Shown piece by piece: positions 16,585 to 20,000 of a stretch of DNA of 20,000 bases. The position numbers were made by a program, and so were the translations under genes. The stretch comes from an uncultured virus (IMG/VR IMGVR_UViG_3300011008_002732). Taxonomy: Duplodnaviria; Heunggongvirae; Uroviricota; Caudoviricetes. The stretch's first letter is position 1; each line of letters starts with the position of its first letter. The notes under the pieces are model-generated. The model had not been told where the DNA came from, searched no databases, and was given only the letters and a program-made list of their open reading frames with translations. The stretch lies in IMG/VR virus record IMGVR_UViG_3300011008_002732; one strand, 5' to 3'.

Positions 16585-17136
16585 TTAACTAAACAAATGG
16601 TTCTTGTTCGCATACTGGATAAACTCGCTCTTCTCATGGATGCCCAGCTTGGCATACACCGACTTGACGTGGTTCTTTATCGTGAAAGGAGAGAGGTACA
16701 TTCGCTCTGCCACCTCTTCGTTGGTGCATCCGTCATAGATGAGCCGCATCACCTCCAGTTCCTTCTTCGAGAGCTGGGTGTTGAACTTCGGCATGCAGAC
16801 GATCCCCTCAAACGGACATTCGCCTCTGAGGGGACACTGCACCTTCTCGAACGCAAAGGCTGAGGATGGTTTGTAGTCCAGTTCTGCCGTGTCAAGCCTT
16901 CCGAAGTTGCACTTGCAGAACCTGCGGACAATCAAGAAGCGGTAGTAGGACACCCGCATCGCGCTCTTCTGATAGCACTCGCTCAAAGCCTTGTAAGCCT
17001 CTGGGTAGCACTCCATCATCCTTTCGATAAGCATGGCGATGATGTCTTCTTTCGACTCGTCCAGTCTCTCGTTCCTTCCGTCAGAGGTGATGTACCATAC
17101 CTCTCCGTCAATCGTGTAGAACTCCAAACCTTCCAT
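16585..17136 (-). CDS. LuxR/GerE-family transcriptional regulator
   Basis: C-terminal LSKKELEVMRLIYDGCTNEEVAERMYLSPFTIKNHVKSVYAKLG; Cys cluster CPLRGECPFEGIVC; start MEGLEF. Confidence 0.88.
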   Translation of the reverse strand: MEGLEFYTIDGEVWYITSDGRNERLDESKEDIIAMLIERMMECYPEAYKALSECYQKSAMRVSYYRFLIVRRFCKCNFGRLDTAELDYKPSSAFAFEKVQCPLRGECPFEGIVCMPKFNTQLSKKELEVMRLIYDGCTNEEVAERMYLSPFTIKNHVKSVYAKLGIHEKSEFIQYANKNHLFS

Positions 17137-17137
17137 A

Positions 17138-17344
17138 TCAGTCTTCCCACAAATCTTCGACTGCAATGCCCGTCTTCCGTGACAGAAGTTCGACATGGCT
17201 CTTGTTCTGCGGCTTCATCCCGTAGATAACCCAGTTACGGACGGTCGCTGCCGCAACTCCAGCCTCGATGGCCACCTCATTGATGAAGTCAGTCTTAGGA
17301 TGGCTTGCGTCTGGTAATTGCGAATAATAGCCCTTGAGGGTCAT
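17138..17344 (-). CDS. Cro-like HTH regulator
   Basis: FINEVAIEAGVAAATVRNWV...LLSRKTGIAVEDLW; divergent from the CI-like gene; start 17344 or 17386. Confidence 0.75.
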   Translation of the reverse strand: MTLKGYYSQLPDASHPKTDFINEVAIEAGVAAATVRNWVIYGMKPQNKSHVELLSRKTGIAVEDLWED

Positions 17345-17368
17345 TTTTCGCAGATTTTTCTCGTTTTC

Positions 17369-17456
17369 TTTGGCGATTTCGTACATTTTTACCAATTTTG
17401 CACTGTTATTTATAAAAGATAGTGCAAAGGTAGCAATTATAATTAGAATATTCAAA
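17369..17456. promoter_or_regulatory. Lysis/lysogeny switch region
   Basis: Minus: TTTG (17456-17453), 20 nt, TACCTTTG (17432-17425). Plus: TTTG (17369), 20 nt, CAATTTTG (17393-17400). Inverted repeat tttgcact...agtgcaaa between them. Confidence 0.65.
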
Positions 17457-17500
17457 GAAAATCCTAAGAAAATACTATTTTGCAAGAATTTTTAACTTTT

Positions 17501-17893
17501 ATGGGTATAAAAGACAGGTTGTATGCTTTTTTGGAGGCAAAGAAACTCAAGCCTTCCGCCTTTGAACGCAAGTGCGGTCTCTCTAACGGCTTCTGTAGCA
17601 AGGTAAACGACAATATAACTGATGGGTCAATTCTACTTATACAGAATGGCTTCCCCGAGTTGAACATCAACTGGCTCAAGACTGGTTTCGGGCAGATGCT
17701 TAACGAACAGAGATTAGAATATCCTAACCCCGATGAAGGAGGCAACATGCTCGCCATGGTGCGTATGATGCAGGAATTCATACAACTCGGCAAGAAGAAC
17801 GCTGATGCCAACCTCATGAACGCTGAGGCGAACAAGCTCAATGCGCAGAATCTGGAAAGGCTAATCACACTCCTGGAGCATAAATTAGACTGA
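17501..17893 (+). CDS. CI-like HTH repressor without a peptidase domain
   Basis: IKDRLYAFLEAKKLKPSAFERKCGLSNGF...FPELNINWLKTGFGQM. Confidence 0.82.
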   Translation: MGIKDRLYAFLEAKKLKPSAFERKCGLSNGFCSKVNDNITDGSILLIQNGFPELNINWLKTGFGQMLNEQRLEYPNPDEGGNMLAMVRMMQEFIQLGKKNADANLMNAEANKLNAQNLERLITLLEHKLD

Positions 17894-17895
17894 CT

Positions 17896-18216
17896 ATGGC
17901 TATGATAATCTCTCCCGAAGGGGTGGCGATCACCGCACGCTTTTTCAAAGTCATAGACATCCTCTCCGAGGCAAGACACCTCAGAGGGCTTCAGACATTC
18001 ACGGCCAGGTATAATCTGAACAGACGGAACCTGATGCACGTCAAGGAGAGGCCGAACAATGCCGTCCTTAAACCCGAAGTGCTGGCGCACCTTGTACGCG
18101 ACTACGGCGTTTCTGGAACGTGGCTTCTGACAGGGGAGGGGTCTGTGTTCCAAGACGGCACCGATAAACCCGAGCCTGTGAAGTGGAGAAACAAGCCGAG
18201 GGCTGACAAGCAGTAG
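17896..18216 (+). CDS. Second CI-like HTH protein
   Basis: RGLQTFTARYNLNRRNL...YGVSGTWLLTGEGSVF. Confidence 0.7.
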   Translation: MAMIISPEGVAITARFFKVIDILSEARHLRGLQTFTARYNLNRRNLMHVKERPNNAVLKPEVLAHLVRDYGVSGTWLLTGEGSVFQDGTDKPEPVKWRNKPRADKQ

Positions 18217-18217
18217 T

Positions 18218-18394
18218 TCATCCATATCTTCTTTTAGCCTCCTCCCTCGCCCATTCATAGTTTCGTGTCAAGTATCGTCTCACGGTGGAAGCGGAACAGC
18301 CGAACAGTTCTCCTATCTTCCAATATGCCAATCTTCCGCAGACATGCAGCACGAAGAATGAAACATAATCATCTGACTCCAATTTCCTATACAT
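18218..18394 (-). CDS. Small HTH protein (58 aa; not in ORF track)
   Basis: MYRKLESDDY...LAYWKIGELFGCSASTVRRYL...RRYG-stop. Confidence 0.65.
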   Translation of the reverse strand: MYRKLESDDYVSFFVLHVCGRLAYWKIGELFGCSASTVRRYLTRNYEWAREEAKRRYG

Positions 18395-18406
18395 ATTTCT
18401 TGTTCA

Positions 18407-19381
18407 TTATGTCGGGCCTCCACACTTGCGAAATGCACCTGCAGGAAGTTTCCACTTCTTGTTGTCCGGCACCAGTATCGAAGCAGAATATTCGTAAGAT
18501 GTGGCCAGACGTGATATTTCTTCTGTGATAGCCTCGTATGGAACACCTCTCTTGATAAGCGTCGCAAGATCGATGTCACGCTTCATTGTGTAGCCGAAAT
18601 CTTTCTCGAAGGCTATCAGACGTTGTGCTTGCTGATGGCTTACGCAAGCGGCACTCGCAAACTGGTGGCAGTTGCCGAAGATGCAGAACTTACATGAGCA
18701 CCGTCCAAATCCCATGAAATAACAGGGGTGAGGGCGTACACGATATTTCTCCAGCATATCCCATATCTGCTGTTCCTTCCAATCACGAATAGGACGAAAG
18801 CGGTCTATATGTCTGAAGAATTTCTTTCCGCTGCGGAGGTCGGCCCTATCCGGCTCCAGTATAGCATAGTTTGCCCGTTGCTTACTCTCTTCTCCTCGTT
18901 CACCCGACAAAATCAGTGTGCGGATATTGCGGAATCGTTTGTCGTTTCGTAGAACCGTGGCACATACGTCTATCTTCAAATAAGCGCTGCACCATCTTAC
19001 CCGTAAGTCTGGTGACGGTTGCGGAAACTTCCTTCGCGTCGATACCTTTCCTTTACCACTGTCTATGATGTAAACATCGCCACTGGCACTCTCGTAGTGT
19101 ACTGGTGCCGTCCTGTCATTCTCACGGGTCATTTCTCGCATAAACCCTCCCTCCTTCCACTGATAGAGTACCGGAATTCCGAAGGCATCACCAACTTTCT
19201 GACAATAGTCTGGAGTTACCTCCCAGTCAAAGAGAGTTGCCATCCTTCCATCAATGTCCTGATGCCATAGTTCTATCTTCTCTTTGGGTACACCGTTATC
19301 AAGGAGAAAAAGGAGGCAGGCAGTGCTATCCTTTCCTCCAGAGAAACTGACAATATACTTGTCGTAACTATACAAATCCAT
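18407..19381 (-). CDS. PAPS reductase family (PP-loop) protein
   Basis: VSFSGGKDS, RWCSAYLKID, GERGEESKQRA, RPIRDW, HPCY, RCSCKFCIF. Confidence 0.88.
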   Translation of the reverse strand: MDLYSYDKYIVSFSGGKDSTACLLFLLDNGVPKEKIELWHQDIDGRMATLFDWEVTPDYCQKVGDAFGIPVLYQWKEGGFMREMTRENDRTAPVHYESASGDVYIIDSGKGKVSTRRKFPQPSPDLRVRWCSAYLKIDVCATVLRNDKRFRNIRTLILSGERGEESKQRANYAILEPDRADLRSGKKFFRHIDRFRPIRDWKEQQIWDMLEKYRVRPHPCYFMGFGRCSCKFCIFGNCHQFASAACVSHQQAQRLIAFEKDFGYTMKRDIDLATLIKRGVPYEAITEEISRLATSYEYSASILVPDNKKWKLPAGAFRKCGGPT

Positions 19382-19385
19382 AGTC

Positions 19386-19589
19386 TTACATGCTTGCTTT
19401 CCAAAACTTCACTATATCCAAGCCCGTGTAGAACTTCCGGCCATTCGACTTGCGATGCTTGCAGTCGATGCCCGTAGGCCCTACATTCGTATGCCTCCGC
19501 AGGGTGTTCCTATGGATGCCCAAAATCTCTGCAGCCTCGCCTATACTGAACCTTGCTGTAGGCGATACTCTTGGCTCTTCGTTTACCAT
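19386..19589 (-). CDS. Excisionase/MerR-like HTH protein
   Basis: FSIGEAAEILGIHRNTLRRH...RKFYTGLDIVKFW. Confidence 0.75.
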   Translation of the reverse strand: MVNEEPRVSPTARFSIGEAAEILGIHRNTLRRHTNVGPTGIDCKHRKSNGRKFYTGLDIVKFWKASM

Positions 19590-19590
19590 A

Positions 19591-19788
19591 TCAGTCAACC
19601 CGCATTTCTATTGGCTTGCCCTTCAGCGACGGCCGCCTCTCTATTACCCTTGCATAGACATCTTCCAGGTCCAGTTTTAACAGCGGACAATACTGATACC
19701 GTAACGTGAACACAAACTTGTCGTGAAGCATGACGTCCACAAACAGAACCTTGTTCTTTAAGGTGGGAGGAGTAGGAATTGCTCTCAT
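19591..19788 (-). CDS. Small hypothetical phage protein
   Basis: MRAIPTPP...FVDVMLHDKFVFTLRYQYCPL...RRPSLK; TGATG overlap. Confidence 0.7.
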   Translation of the reverse strand: MRAIPTPPTLKNKVLFVDVMLHDKFVFTLRYQYCPLLKLDLEDVYARVIERRPSLKGKPIEMRVD

Positions 19789-20000
19789 CACTCGTCCTCC
19801 ATTGGTACATACTTCATAACACACCAAGCAGCGACTGCGAAATTCGTCACCACTACGACAGCGACAAGTAGATTCTCGCCGCCTAAGCACAATCCCACAA
19901 ATGACAGACTGAACCAAGCCGATATGAGTTTCTGCTTGACAGTCATCTTGTCCCAATGTACTGACTGCTTCCAAAGGGAAAACAAACTTGTTTCTTTCAT
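19788..20000 (-). CDS. Small membrane protein (start may lie outside the window)
   Basis: Two hydrophobic segments. Confidence 0.65.
   Translation of the reverse strand: MKETSLFSLWKQSVHWDKMTVKQKLISAWFSLSFVGLCLGGENLLVAVVVVTNFAVAAWCVMKYVPMEDE

Larger units (their letters stand above)
1..20000. mobile_element. Temperate phage/prophage of a Bacteroidales host: regulation, recombination, replication and accessory early region
   Basis: Lambdoid-type gene order (CI/Cro, LuxR, AAA ATPase, nuclease, SSB, NinB, helicase, NinG, initiator, loader, small ORFs); dense co-oriented overlapping genes; Bacteroidetes-type promoters; no host housekeeping genes. Confidence 0.93.

Noticed and set aside
283..16863. 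Numerous + strand ORFs
   Set aside because: All overlap convincing minus-strand genes; shadows
17464..18258. 264-aa minus-strand ORF
   Set aside because: Antisense shadow of two well-formed HTH genes; no recognisable motifs
19778..19788. ATGAGAGCAATT as another AAGAGCA motif
   Set aside because: Lies after the start codon (encodes MRAI) and is an imperfect match
1..20000. DGR template repeat or reverse transcriptase in the window
   Set aside because: No second copy of the IGSRL-coding sequence, no AAC-rich non-coding tract and no RT motifs found by eye

Overview
This window is the early and replication half of a temperate phage or prophage of a Bacteroidales (Prevotella/Bacteroides-like) host. 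The host is inferred from TTTG-N20-TAnnTTTG promoters, a DUF3127 SSB and the gene families present. Almost all genes are on the minus strand. From right to left: a small operon (membrane protein, Xis-like HTH, PAPS-reductase-family protein, small HTH); a + strand pair of CI-like HTH genes facing a Cro-like gene; a LuxR/GerE regulator; a recombination block (AAA_24/Sak4-like ATPase, PD-(D/E)XK-like nuclease, SSB, HTH, NinB-like); an SF2 helicase, DUF4406 and NinG; a replication initiator with internal iterons plus a loader-like gene; then a long run of small accessory genes (ASCH-like, HNH, NUMOD, very acidic proteins). No integrase, structural, RT, tRNA or CRISPR feature was seen. The highlights are: (1) a non-structural gene resembling a DGR target, whose 57-N assembly gap ends exactly at the 'C-ATC-GGC-TCT-CGC-CTT' (IGSRL) variable-repeat end; (2) a pseudoknotted RNA leader before the initiator; (3) an exact AAGAGCA-ATG start signature on six genes; (4) a duplicated 40-bp promoter/operator, one copy of which precedes very acidic DNA-mimic candidates. 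All family calls come from motif recognition by eye, not database searches.
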